DNA from: Paraphysomonas bandaiensis
Taxonomy: Eukaryota; Protista; Chrysophyceae
DNA: 64,000 nt
Direction of reading: 5' to 3'
Assembly (NCBI GenBank): GCA_965644295.1
Contig: CBFFRP010000446.1
Span: 46,330-110,329 of the forward strand
Below, piece after piece: positions 51,756 to 63,600 of the stretch (positions are counted from its first letter, which is position 1; each line of letters begins with the position of its first letter). The position numbers and the translations under genes were made by a program. Below the pieces are notes generated by a model. That model saw only the letters and a program-made list of their open reading frames with translations, ran no database searches and had not been told where the DNA came from.

Positions 51756-53134
51756 CTATGTCAAGTCAATAACTTCAGTTCTTACAGGGAGAGGGGGGAC
51801 TTCAGGCGTAGCGTGATGAATTTTTGAGAGGCGTTTACTGATCCACGCCACCTCTCCTCGCATACCTACTTCTTGATACACACCTCGTAACCTCTCATAT
51901 CTTTCTATTATTGAAAATCCCAATCTAAATTGAAGTTTCCTAAGACACACACCGCATAAATGTGCTGAGGACGAAAAGTCTTCTACCAAGTGTCCTACAT
52001 ATCAGTCAGATCATATCACCATACAAGTTCAGGCAGGTATTCACCTGTTCCATTCATAACACAATCGTAGTATATGCAATGCTCCAAGCCATACACATGG
52101 CCCATTTCATGCACTAAAAGTTTTCCAGCTCTGCGCATAAACTCTGACTTGCATGTCGCCTTCATATTCGCCCGTGGAGGACATTGAGGGTTCGTATTAG
52201 GTCGCCGCTTATTATCCTCATAGTAGGGATAACCTGAGCTTTTGGACGCGTAGGCGTAGTCATTCCAATGTTGAGGACACATCTTAATCCTAGGATGATA
52301 TCTGGCAAATGATAACACTGCCACTTTGGACCCTCCTGCAGCCATACCTGCCACAAAGAGGTCCGACTCGGCGGAATATAGGTCGCACATTGTCACGCCA
52401 ACCATAGCAAATCCATTCTCGACTCCTACCTCACCATACGTACCAGCTTCAAGTATATTGGACAGAGCAGCAAGTACTCCATCGACATGGGTCTGAAACC
52501 GATTCTCATCATACACCCTGCCCTTTATACCTCCAGTGCACCCATCAGCACCCTGCCACTCGACCGGACGTCCTCGGCCTCCACCATCAGAACGCTTTGG
52601 AGACAAGGAAGCAAAGTCAAGAACTACCACTTCACGACAATAAAAAGCCGAGAGCCATTGGGATAGGTGATCCAATCTCGGACCGTATTCCGGCCACACA
52701 AGATCCTGGTCATCTTTACGCTCCACAATCGGTATTAAATACAGAACAGCACGAGTTGCCTTAGCAGTGGGTCGAAATTTACCGGATCGTAGAGTAATTG
52801 CTTTCACATATTGGTCAAATGATTGACCTTCTTCACATACATTTGCCAACCAAGAGCCTTCGTCCTGAGGCAGCGGCAGGTCCGACCAAAAAGATGTGTT
52901 ACAAACAGAGTTGGAGTAGTATTCCTCCTTGTTTATGTCTTTGATAGATAGAACAGATGTATGCCCCCCTCCACCAGAACCAAGGAGACACTCCTCTCGT
53001 GCATCTTCTAGTGTATCGGTATGACTCCATGGATAGGATCCCACTGCTCTGAGCCTCTCATCCAGAGTCGGAAGGTGAAACCCCGACACTAAACTAACAC
53101 CTCTTTGTCTTTGTCTTTTCTTTGAAGCTGGCAT
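51756..53134 (-). CDS. Archaemetzincin (peptidase M54, AMZ2-like), 2 exons
   Basis: EEGQSFDQY, VTMCDLY, HEMGHVYGLEHCIYYDCVMNG, LCGVCLRKL. Confidence 0.88.
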
Positions 53135-53777
53135 TACAGGTATGTGAGCTATGTAATATCCCACTGCAATAGATCAGATATAGTGTGTATGTGTCGCCTG
53201 ATATCATGCAGCACAATCACAGCACATGATGCCATCCATATCCTCATAGGTGGGTGCATGGTACATGCACATGCACATCAGCTACATGTGGCTGTTTCTC
53301 AACAGACAAAAGACCATCCGAGAAATTTCAGAGAACCAATCCACGAACTACTGCAAAACTACATGAATACAATACAGCTACTCCCGTACTATGAGTATGT
53401 ACCTATATATAGGTGTGTAGGTACGGTGTGTAGCGTAGAACATATCGCTCCTGTTTGAATTCTTATGCATCCGTATCGGCAGTCAGCATCTTATTTTTTC
53501 GGAAATAAATTGAAGCGAAATTCGTCTATATTACTGCACTATAAGTGCGGCTGGTATACACATAATTGTTATCTCAATATATGAGGCATCTTCGAACAAA
53601 AACATACAAAGGATGCCGATGCACAGATCTGTATGTGTGTATGTGTATCCTGTAGCTCTACTGTCTATATGTATATGTATGTATATGCATATGTATATGC
53701 GTGTACTGTAACTGTATGTGTGTATGTGTATCCAGCTGCATGCATGCAAACACAGTCAGATCACACAGATATAAGAC

Positions 53778-54849
53778 ATGAACGAGTATCAGAAGTATCA
53801 CTTGTTGTGGTTGACATGCTCCTCTCTGTCGTTTGCAATGTCTCTGTTGGTGTTGTTTAACGTGCTGTTTAATCGGTCCCTGTGGCGCATGTTCTATCAG
53901 CAGATATGCGTGTGTCTCGCTATAGCTGACATCATATCAACCAGCTCATGGTTCATAGGTACACCCCTCTACTTCTGTGCTCTGTGGTGTGCTCACTGAT
54001 GGCGCAGGTCCCAAGTACACAGCCTCCTTCTTCGTGTGCTCAGTGCAGGAGTACATGTTTCAAGCGGGACACTTAATTAAAGCCTTTCTGACGGTTACAA
54101 TATGTGCTGTGTCACTCTATATGATTCACTTTATGCGGAGCCCTCTACCGAAGATTCAGTTAGTGTTAGTTGGGTGTCCGATGGTCATTCCAGTTGTATC
54201 TTTAGTGGTCTCGATTATGTATCGCACCTCTGAACTGTATTGTGGTAACTCTGGCAGCGACAATATATTTGATCACCAAAAGTATGAACCTCTAACAGCG
54301 TACCTTTGTGCTGTAATGCTTCCTATTCAAATATGTGTGGCTGTTGACTACGTTATGTATGTGTTGGTTCATCGTCGTGCTCAGGAACTGGAGGGGCCTT
54401 CCGTGGCCCCAACAGCGGACAGCACCCCGGAAAGTCGCTCACAGCTATATTCAACAGTGCAAAAGCTTAAATTTTACCCTTTGGTGTTCGCAATTTGCTG
54501 GTTGCCTAGGGAGATTGCGATCCTTATTGAAATGAATGGCGGTCGACAACATAACTTTTTGTGGGCGCTGTCTGCTATATTCCTTTCAAGCAGTGGTACA
54601 GCAATAGCAGCCAACTACTTCACTCACCAACGGGTATATCCTGATATCCGTGCTTTTCTACTGTTGCCTTCGGTATTCGCGGATACATCTCGCAACCTTT
54701 CATCCATACTGTACATAGAGAGTTGGAAAACCACCAGCAGTGTTTCATCTCGAAATTCTAACATTGGAGATGTATCCATGCATAATACGACCAGCATATT
54801 GCATTCTTCCTTGGAGTCGCAAGGCTCCTCGGGACAATATCTAGCATAG
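53778..54849 (+). CDS. 7TM GPCR-like protein (cAMP receptor/GCR1-like), 2 exons
   Basis: LAIADII, CSVQEYMFQ, KLKFYPLVFAICWLP; seven hydrophobic segments; intron ~53959-54008. Confidence 0.78.
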
Positions 54850-55044
54850 AAATTTCGTCACTTATTGTTTATATCAAAATATACTGCTATGGCTTCTGCA
54901 TTCGATTATTGATGTTTTAAGATGGAGGAATATGATGAGCATGAGGTAGATGGTAATATAGGAAAGGAAGTAGCGAGTAGTGTTACATAAGTATCAAGAC
55001 CACGATCAGATATAGCGCAGGAATGTACTGTGATAACCGGTAAA

Positions 55045-55505
55045 TGTTGGGAAATGCTCATTTTACTTAGATCAAAGAGAGATTAAGTTGTTAGACTAGA
55101 TAGATTTATTAATATCGTTTACACGAATTGTGTTAAACAACACAAGCTCGTTTTGTGCCATGCATAAATCACTACTTCTGTAGACCTTTCGCTACTAAAC
55201 ATATCTTGAAAGAGCAAACTATTTCAGTTTTCTCAATATCATAACAGCATCTACACATCACCATACTTCACTGTATTCTCGTACATTGTCTTCAAGTACC
55301 ACATTGAATATACTAGGATACAGTCCATATTCTAATACTCCCACTCAATGTAGAATGCAGTGATACGAAACAACAATGAGTACAGTGATCTTCATGCTAT
55401 AAACTAGTCTCATAGGTAAAATAGATGTGAAATCTTATCAAGATACATATATAACTAGCAGTCAACTAGATATATAGTTATGTGGGATTCTCACCCACTA
55501 AAACA
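55045..55505 (-). repeat. 3' LTR of Copia copy 1
   Basis: Direct repeat of 60207-60667; inner boundary inferred from TGTT/AACA symmetry and an upstream purine-rich tract. Confidence 0.85.
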
Positions 55506-55510
55506 CACCT

Positions 55511-58500
55511 TTAACCTCTTCGGGGTCGCTTCTTCTGCTGCTCCTCAACTCTGGTTGACACACTTCTCTTAACCCCGGTAATAGTTTTCTCATGACGACT
55601 GAAAAGTTTCGTTGACAATGCCTTCGTGAAAATATCAGCCGCCATATCATCCGTCGACACATGAATCAACTTTGCCGTAGGAAATTTTCCATTTACATGC
55701 TCTCTCACCCAGTGATACTTGATGTCTATATGCTTCGACCTCTTATGATACACAGGATTCTCGGAGAGATCTTTCGCACTCTTGCTATCCATAAAGAATG
55801 GAGTCGGCTTCGCAACTAAGAGCCCGAGCTCCTTGAACACCCCCCGAAGCCACACCAGTTCTTGCATAGCCGCATACTCCGCCATATATTCAGATTCCAT
55901 GCTCGAAGTTGCAACTGTGGTCTGTAGTTTAGACTGCCAGGCCAATGCGCCTGCACATAAGAACACAATGTATCCTGTTGTCGATCGCCGAGTCAGTCTA
56001 TCACCAGCCCAATCTGAATCACTGAACACATGTAAGTCGAACTCACTCCCACTGAATCTGATGCCCTCATCAATTGTTCCACGCAAATATTTCAATAAGT
56101 GAATCGCCAGTTTGCACGATGCATATGTCGGACAACTACTAAATCGAGACAATAACCCCACTGCATAAGCCAGATCAGGTCTAGTATGCATTGCTAGATA
56201 CAACACTGCTCCAATAATTTGCCGATACGGAAATGAGTCAACCCACTGCTTCTGCTCCTCCGTAAGTTCACGTTCCTCTGCCAACAGATCCTGAACATTA
56301 GTAGGTAGTGGGGCCTCCTTATTCTTACTACTCTTTCCCATAACTGAGCTGAATTTCTTGATAATATTCTTAGCATACTCAGATTGATCTAACATATACC
56401 AATTTTCTCCTCTGGTTATCCTGATGTTCAGAAATCGCTTACACACTCCCAGATCATGCATCTCGAATGTTTCACAGAACCTACGCTTTACGCTTTCCAA
56501 GTAAGTCAGATCAGCGGATGCAATTATGATATCATCAACATATATCAATAATAAATGCAGTTTTCCGTTACTCCATCGCATATACAAACACGTATCCAAA
56601 ATACACGGAGTAAAATGCAATGATTTAATAAACTTGTCAATATGTTTATTCCACTGTCGCGGTGAAGATCGCAGTCCATACAATGCCTTGATTAGTTGAA
56701 AACACCATCCAGCTAGTAATTCCTCATCTGGTGGAGGTGCCATATACACGTCATCCTCCAGATCTGCATAGCAAAATGCGGATGATACATCTAATTGATG
56801 CACATGCATCTGTAACATAAACGCAATCGCTAACACTAGTCTAATGGTTATACCCTTAACCACTGGAGCGAAAGTGGACGGCTCCTCCTCCTTCTTCTCT
56901 TGGAGATTTCCTAATGCCACTAGCCGAGCCTTGTACTTTACTATATTCCCTAGTATGTCTCGCTTCACCGTATGCACATATTTCGCTCTAACTAATTTCA
57001 CTCCGCTTGGAATTTTCACGATCTTCAAGACACGTCTTTTCAGCAATGATGTCTTCTCCACCATTCGAGCTTTTCTCCATTGTTGATACTGTGGAGATCT
57101 CTCTGCCTCGGCATATGAATTTGGTATCTTGATATCTTCTGTCTCTGCATGGTTAAGATCAATATTATGCGCATCCGGTACTTCAACCATATTAATCTCT
57201 CCTAAAACTGACGCGTTTGCCAGTCTCCGCTGCAGCCGTTTGCGTCGGACCCGACCATCACCATCTAGTTCAATCGGTCGACGAGGTATATAAGAACCCG
57301 TACCTTGCTCATCCTGAGCACGCACATCGTGCGTTGTGGGAGGAGCCCCGCTCACAACCCCAGACTCATAGTCTTCAGAGGTCTGCAACCTCACAGCTGT
57401 CTCCTGACAGGTTGGGTCAGGACTCTCCTGTAACCCTCCAGGTCTTCCCTGGTCCAGCACCCTGGCTGGCATAGTACTCAGGGCGTCCCCCTTTCCTATA
57501 TATCCGGTATTCCCGGGAGTTTCTGCAGTCATTCGCACTACGTCCTCGACGTGAATCGGCACCCGGTGCTCGATATGCTTCCGACCTGCAGTTACCAGAG
57601 ATCGATAGGCTACTATTACCCCCTTTCGTTCTACTACTCTCGTGGTCTTGTAGAGAAGACCATCCTCATCATCAATATGATATGTACCTTCTAAGCCCGC
57701 ATAGTCAGACACAATTTTCGGTCTCTCGGCCTCCTTCACTCGAAGAGCATCTATCTCAGCGAAATAGCTCTCCGAGCGTGACGGTATGGACTCATCAGTT
57801 AATACATGTACCGACGTGACGACCCTATCAGTCGCAGGTAGATATACATCATATCCTACCTTTTCATCTGAATATCCTATCAGATATCCGATAAGGGCCT
57901 TGTCGTCCCAGTCTTTCCGTCGATCCGCCTTTGTAGTGAGGACATACGCACGACACCCCCATACTCTGAGATATTTCAGGTTGGGAGCCTCACCAGTCAA
58001 AAATTCAAGAGGGGACATATACCCCTTCGCTGTCTTTGTAGGCAATCGAATTAATATGTACCTGGCTGCCATGTAGGCATCTAGCCAAAACTGTGAAGGC
58101 AATCCTGACTGAATCAGCATCGCTAATGTCATCTCACCACAGGTCCTGAATTTCCGCTCCTCAATCGCGTTCATCTCAGGAGAGTCCGTAGAGCTCCACG
58201 TATGTTGATAGCAACCCTGTGACCTAAGATATTGTCGCAGCTCATCACATATTAGCTCCCCTGCTCCATCTGCATGGTAATGATGCATTTCTAATTTGTA
58301 CCTTTTCACATCTCCTTCAAAAATCTTCTTGAAAACCTGCAGTACCGATGACCCAGTCCTATGAACAAGCCCTTCCGACCAGAACATCCGACTGGCATGG
58401 TGTGTTAGTTTGAGCACATATATTTCCCCTCCTCGAGCTGGACAATTTAAGTATACTGCTATATCGGCCGAGAAATTTGGACGAACGGAGTCCTCATCCT

Positions 58501-60223
58501 TTGTCCGAAAACTTACTCTGGTGATCTTCGCCCTGGCGCATACATCACATAGACACTGTTCTTTGGAAACACGTTTCGAGAGATGTTTTCGTTTCAGTCC
58601 AGTCCCAATAATTAGCATTCTTTTGTGGGCTTCTACCAACGCATGCTTGTTAAAATGACCCGCTCTCCTATGTAACAGCTCCAGTTCATCCTCACCCGTA
58701 CGGTCACTGAGATTTACTTCTGAATCACTGGATGTCGATACGTCTGGAAGCTCCAATAACTGCTGTGTTGGCACAGCAGTCATTCCATTCTTCATAGGTC
58801 CCTCCAACACCAGCTCATCCGTATTTCTGTCATATATCTGTATACCATACCATACAGTAAATCGATATCCCATATCGTTCAACTTCCGTCCAGAACAAAG
58901 ACACCGATTTATCTGACTTGATACCTCAATGTTCTTCCATGCTCCACGGGAACCTACACTCGTGACGCATATCTCTGACCCTTTTTTCGAACCATTAATA
59001 ACCTTTGATGTGTGCATATGACTATCAAGTATATTCACATCATTTATCAAAAACATTGATGACGAACAACAGGTATCAATGTATGTATAGTGAATATCCT
59101 CATGCACACTACTGCATATATTCGTCTCATACACATTACATGACAAGTGATACTCTTCCTGTTGCTCGATCATATTTGCTTCGTCATCGTCAGACAAATC
59201 CGCTGGCTCTCCACGCCTGATGTTTTCAACTGTAAGTAGTCTTTTGTCTGGTTTCCTTCCATCTTGAAACCTCACAGCCTTGCTCTTGCTTTGCGAGTAC
59301 TTCTTTTTCGATGCTGGACAATCGATGGCAAGATGTTCCTTTGACTTACAATTTCTGCACCCAGTATATTCGGCACTTCCAGGTCGCTGCCCTGTAATCT
59401 CTGTATCCTTCTTCATCGGCTTCTTCTTACCGTTGTTCTTCTTACGATGATCCCTCTCTCTGCGATATCGTTTCTTACTGTCTATCAGGTTCAGCTCCTC
59501 CACTCTTTTACGCTTCTTCTCCAACGCTTCCTTCCCAGCCATAGTATCATCATAGCCTTCTATCTTACGTGATACAGTTACATAATTAACATCATCATCC
59601 ATCAAGTATAATCCAACTCTCAGTTGAGCATACTCTTCATTGAGCAAGCCTTCTCGTAGTCGACTTGTTTTTGATACCTCCGAGATATCCTGCTGCTGCT
59701 CCTGTAGTTCCTTCAGCAGTAGTTCGAACCGTAGTACGTAGTCCTTCGCCGTCTCCTCCGGACGCATACGGAAAGAACCATATTGAGTTAAGAGGTCACT
59801 GATCCTATTTTGCTTCCCTCCAGCAAAACACTTCTTCAACTCATCAATCATTACATGTGTTTTGAACCTGTTTACACCACTCCCTTCTGCCTTGAACGCT
59901 TTGTGGGTAAGATGGAATTTACGCAGCGCTTTCGGGGAATGCTGCACCGCATCCCTGCAGTAAGAATAAGCTATGGCGTTCGCCTTCCAATACCTCTTCA
60001 CAGCCTGTCTGTACGCCTTCTCCTCCATCAACGTAAGTGGCTGCTCCCCGAAGTCGCTCTCCTTAGGTGGCAGTTCCACCGCTACCTCGCTTTGTTCCTT
60101 CCTCATAAGGAATGTCTCGAAGTCCTCAATCCATTGTTCAACGTTAGTCTCGTTGAACTGAGGAACTACTCCTCTATCCTCCTTCTCTCCTCCTCGCTCG
60201 CTACCATGTTGGGAAATGCTCAT
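55511..60223 (-). CDS. Copia gag-pol polyprotein (gag CCHC, protease, integrase, RT, RNase H)
   Basis: CRNCKSKEHLAIDC; YIDTCCS; HRRAGH..CDVC; HADGAGE..EMNAIEER; KARLVALG, LYGLRSSPRQW, YVDD; SDSDWAG..SKHIDIKYH..ADIFTKAL. Confidence 0.97.
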   Translation of the reverse strand: MSISQHGSERGGEKEDRGVVPQFNETNVEQWIEDFETFLMRKEQSEVAVELPPKESDFGEQPLTLMEEKAYRQAVKRYWKANAIAYSYCRDAVQHSPKALRKFHLTHKAFKAEGSGVNRFKTHVMIDELKKCFAGGKQNRISDLLTQYGSFRMRPEETAKDYVLRFELLLKELQEQQQDISEVSKTSRLREGLLNEEYAQLRVGLYLMDDDVNYVTVSRKIEGYDDTMAGKEALEKKRKRVEELNLIDSKKRYRRERDHRKKNNGKKKPMKKDTEITGQRPGSAEYTGCRNCKSKEHLAIDCPASKKKYSQSKSKAVRFQDGRKPDKRLLTVENIRRGEPADLSDDDEANMIEQQEEYHLSCNVYETNICSSVHEDIHYTYIDTCCSSSMFLINDVNILDSHMHTSKVINGSKKGSEICVTSVGSRGAWKNIEVSSQINRCLCSGRKLNDMGYRFTVWYGIQIYDRNTDELVLEGPMKNGMTAVPTQQLLELPDVSTSSDSEVNLSDRTGEDELELLHRRAGHFNKHALVEAHKRMLIIGTGLKRKHLSKRVSKEQCLCDVCARAKITRVSFRTKDEDSVRPNFSADIAVYLNCPARGGEIYVLKLTHHASRMFWSEGLVHRTGSSVLQVFKKIFEGDVKRYKLEMHHYHADGAGELICDELRQYLRSQGCYQHTWSSTDSPEMNAIEERKFRTCGEMTLAMLIQSGLPSQFWLDAYMAARYILIRLPTKTAKGYMSPLEFLTGEAPNLKYLRVWGCRAYVLTTKADRRKDWDDKALIGYLIGYSDEKVGYDVYLPATDRVVTSVHVLTDESIPSRSESYFAEIDALRVKEAERPKIVSDYAGLEGTYHIDDEDGLLYKTTRVVERKGVIVAYRSLVTAGRKHIEHRVPIHVEDVVRMTAETPGNTGYIGKGDALSTMPARVLDQGRPGGLQESPDPTCQETAVRLQTSEDYESGVVSGAPPTTHDVRAQDEQGTGSYIPRRPIELDGDGRVRRKRLQRRLANASVLGEINMVEVPDAHNIDLNHAETEDIKIPNSYAEAERSPQYQQWRKARMVEKTSLLKRRVLKIVKIPSGVKLVRAKYVHTVKRDILGNIVKYKARLVALGNLQEKKEEEPSTFAPVVKGITIRLVLAIAFMLQMHVHQLDVSSAFCYADLEDDVYMAPPPDEELLAGWCFQLIKALYGLRSSPRQWNKHIDKFIKSLHFTPCILDTCLYMRWSNGKLHLLLIYVDDIIIASADLTYLESVKRRFCETFEMHDLGVCKRFLNIRITRGENWYMLDQSEYAKNIIKKFSSVMGKSSKNKEAPLPTNVQDLLAEERELTEEQKQWVDSFPYRQIIGAVLYLAMHTRPDLAYAVGLLSRFSSCPTYASCKLAIHLLKYLRGTIDEGIRFSGSEFDLHVFSDSDWAGDRLTRRSTTGYIVFLCAGALAWQSKLQTTVATSSMESEYMAEYAAMQELVWLRGVFKELGLLVAKPTPFFMDSKSAKDLSENPVYHKRSKHIDIKYHWVREHVNGKFPTAKLIHVSTDDMAADIFTKALSTKLFSRHEKTITGVKRSVSTRVEEQQKKRPRRG
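60192..60206 (-). other. Primer-binding site, initiator-tRNA-like
   Basis: TGGTAGCGAGCGAGG abuts the LTR end; it implies a tRNA ending ..GCUACCA (U72, A73) as in eukaryotic tRNA-iMet. Confidence 0.6.
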
Positions 60224-60667
60224 TTTACTTAGATCAAAGAGAGATTAAGTTGTTAGACTAGATAGATTTATTAATATCGTTTACACGAATTGTGTTAAAC
60301 AACACAAGCTCGTTTTGTGCCATGCATAAATCACTACTTCTGTAGACCTTTCGCTACTAAACATATCTTGAAAGAGCAAACTATTTCAGTTTTCTCAATA
60401 TCATAACAGCATCTACACATCACCATACTTCACTGTATTCTCGTACATTGTCTTCAAGTACCACATTGAATATACTAGGATACAGTCCATATTCTAATAC
60501 TCCCACTCAATGTAGAATGCAGTGATACGAAACAACAATGAGTACAGTGATCTTCATGCTATAAACTAGTCTCATAGGTAAAATAGATGTGAAATCTTAT
60601 CAAGATACATATATAACTAGCAGTCAACTAGATATATAGTTATGTGGGATTCTCACCCACTAAAACA
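60207..60667 (-). repeat. LTR shared by tandem Copia copies 1 and 2
   Basis: Flanked by the PBS/gag of copy 1 on the left and the pol end of copy 2 on the right. Confidence 0.9.
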
Positions 60668-63600
60668 CACCTTTAACCTCTTCGGGGTCGCTTCTTCTGC
60701 TGCTCCTCAACTCTGGTTGACACACTTCTCTTAACCCCGGTAATAGTTTTCTCATGACGACTGAAAAGTTTCGTTGACAATGCCTTCGTGAAAATATCAG
60801 CCGCCATATCATCCGTCGACACATGAATCAACTTTGCCGTAGGAAATTTTCCATTTACATGCTCTCTCACCCAGTGATACTTGATGTCTATATGCTTCGA
60901 CCTCTTATGATACACAGGATTCTCGGAGAGATCTTTCGCACTCTTGCTATCCATAAAGAATGGAGTCGGCTTCGCAACTAAGAGCCCGAGCTCCTTGAAC
61001 ACCCCCGAAGCCACACCAGTTCTTGCATAGCCGCATACTCCGCCATATATTCAGATTCCATGCTCGAAGTTGCAACTGTGGTCTGTAGTTTAGACTGCCA
61101 GGCCAATGCGCCTGCACATAAGAACACAATGTATCCTGTTGTCGATCGCCGAGTCAGTCTATCACCAGCCCAATCTGAATCACTGAACACATGTAAGTCG
61201 AACTCACTCCCACTGAATCTGATGCCCTCATCAATTGTTCCACGCAAATATTTCAATAAGTGAATCGCCAGTTTGCACGATGCATATGTCGGACAACTAC
61301 TAAATCGAGACAATAACCCCACTGCATAAGCCAGATCAGGTCTAGTATGCATTGCTAGATACAACACTGCTCCAATAATTTGCCGATACGGAAATGAGTC
61401 AACCCACTGCTTCTGCTCCTCCGTAAGTTCACGTTCCTCTGCCAACAGATCCTGAACATTAGTAGGTAGTGGGGCCTCCTTATTCTTACTACTCTTTCCC
61501 ATAACTGAGCTGAATTTCTTGATAATATTCTTAGCATACTCAGATTGATCTAACATATACCAATTTTCTCCTCTGGTTATCCTGATGTTCAGAAATCGCT
61601 TACACACTCCCAGATCATGCATCTCGAATGTTTCACAGAACCTACGCTTTACGCTTTCCAAGTAAGTCAGATCAGCGGATGCAATTATGATATCATCAAC
61701 ATATATCAATAATAAATGCAGTTTTCCGTTACTCCATCGCATATACAAACACGTATCCAAAATACACGGAGTAAAATGCAATGATTTAATAAACTTGTCA
61801 ATATGTTTATTCCACTGTCGCGGTGAAGATCGCAGTCCATACAATGCCTTGATTAGTTGAAAACACCATCCAGCTAGTAATTCCTCATCTGGTGGAGGTG
61901 CCATATACACGTCATCCTCCAGATCTGCATAGCAAAATGCGGATGATACATCTATTTGATGCACATGCATCTGTAACATAAACGCAATCGCTAACACTAG
62001 TCTAATGGTTATACCCTTAACCACTGGAGCGAAAGTGGACGGCTCCTCCTCCTTCTTCTCTTGGAGATTTCCTAATGCCACTAGCCGAGCCTTGTACTTT
62101 ACTATATTCCCTAGTATGTCTCGCTTCACCGTATGCACATATTTCGCTCTAACTAATTTCACTCCGCTTGGAATTTTCACGATCTTCAAGACACGTCTTT
62201 TCAGCAATGATGTCTTCTCCACCATTCGAGCTTTTCTCCATTGTTGATACTGTGGAGATCTCTCTGCCTCGGCATATGAATTTGGTATCTTGATATCTTC
62301 TGTCTCTGCATGGTTAAGATCAATATTATGCGCATCCGGTACTTCAACCATATTAATCTCTCCTAAAACTGACGCGTTTGCCAGTCTCCGCTGCAGCCGT
62401 TTGCGTCGGACCCGACCATCACCATCTAGTTCAATCGGTCGACGAGGTATATAAGAACCCGTACCTTGCTCATCCTGAGCACGCACATCGTGCGTTGTGG
62501 GAGGAGCCCCGCTCACAACCCCAGACTCATAGTCTTCAGAGGTCTGCAACCTCACAGCTGTCTCCTGACAGGTTGGGTCAGGACTCTCCTGTAACCCTCC
62601 AGGTCTTCCCTGGTCCAGCACCCTGGCTGGCATAGTACTCAGGGCGTCCCCCTTTCCTATATATCCGGTATTCCCGGGAGTTTCTGCAGTCATTCGCACT
62701 ACGTCCTCGACGTGAATCGGCACCCGGTGCTCGATATGCTTCCGACCTGCAGTTACCAGAGATCGATAGGCTACTATTACCCCCTTTCGTTCTACTACTC
62801 TCGTGGTCTTGTAGAGAAGACCATCCTCATCATCAATATGATATGTACCTTCTAAGCCCGCATAGTCAGACACAATTTTCGGTCTCTCGGCCTCCTTCAC
62901 TCGAAGAGCATCTATCTCAGCGAAATAGCTCTCCGAGCGTGACGGTATGGACTCATCAGTTAATACATGTACCGACGTGACGACCCTATCAGTCGCAGGT
63001 AGATATACATCATATCCTACCTTTTCATCTGAATATCCTATCAGATATCCGATAAGGGCCTTGTCGTCCCAGTCTTTCCGTCGATCCGCCTTTGTAGTGA
63101 GGACATACGCACGACACCCCCATACTCTGAGATATTTCAGGTTGGGAGCCTCACCAGTCAAAAATTCAAGAGGGGACATATACCCCTTCGCTGTCTTTGT
63201 AGGCAATCGAATTAATATGTACCTGGCTGCCATTTAGGCATCTAGCCAAAACTGTGAAGGCAATCCTGACTGAATCAGCATCGCTAATGTCATCTCACCA
63301 CAGGTCCTGAATTTCCGCTCCTCAATCGCGTTCATCTCAGGAGAGTCCGTAGAGCTCCACGTATGTTGATAGCAACCCTGTGACCTAAGATATTGTCGCA
63401 GCTCATCACATATTAGCTCCCCTGCTCCATCTGCATGGTAATGATGCATTTCTAATTTGTACCTTTTCACATCTCCTTCAAAAATCTTCTTGAAAACCTG
63501 CAGTACCGATGACCCAGTCCTATGAACAAGCCCTTCCGACCAGAACATCCGACTGGCATGGTGTGTTAGTTTGAGCACATATATTTCCCCTCCTCGAGCT

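Larger units (their letters stand above)
55045..60667 (-). mobile_element. Full-length Ty1/Copia LTR retrotransposon
   Basis: Two ~461-bp LTRs (TGTT..AACA) at 55045-55505 and 60207-60667, PBS TGGTAGCGAGC, intact gag-pol. Confidence 0.97.
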
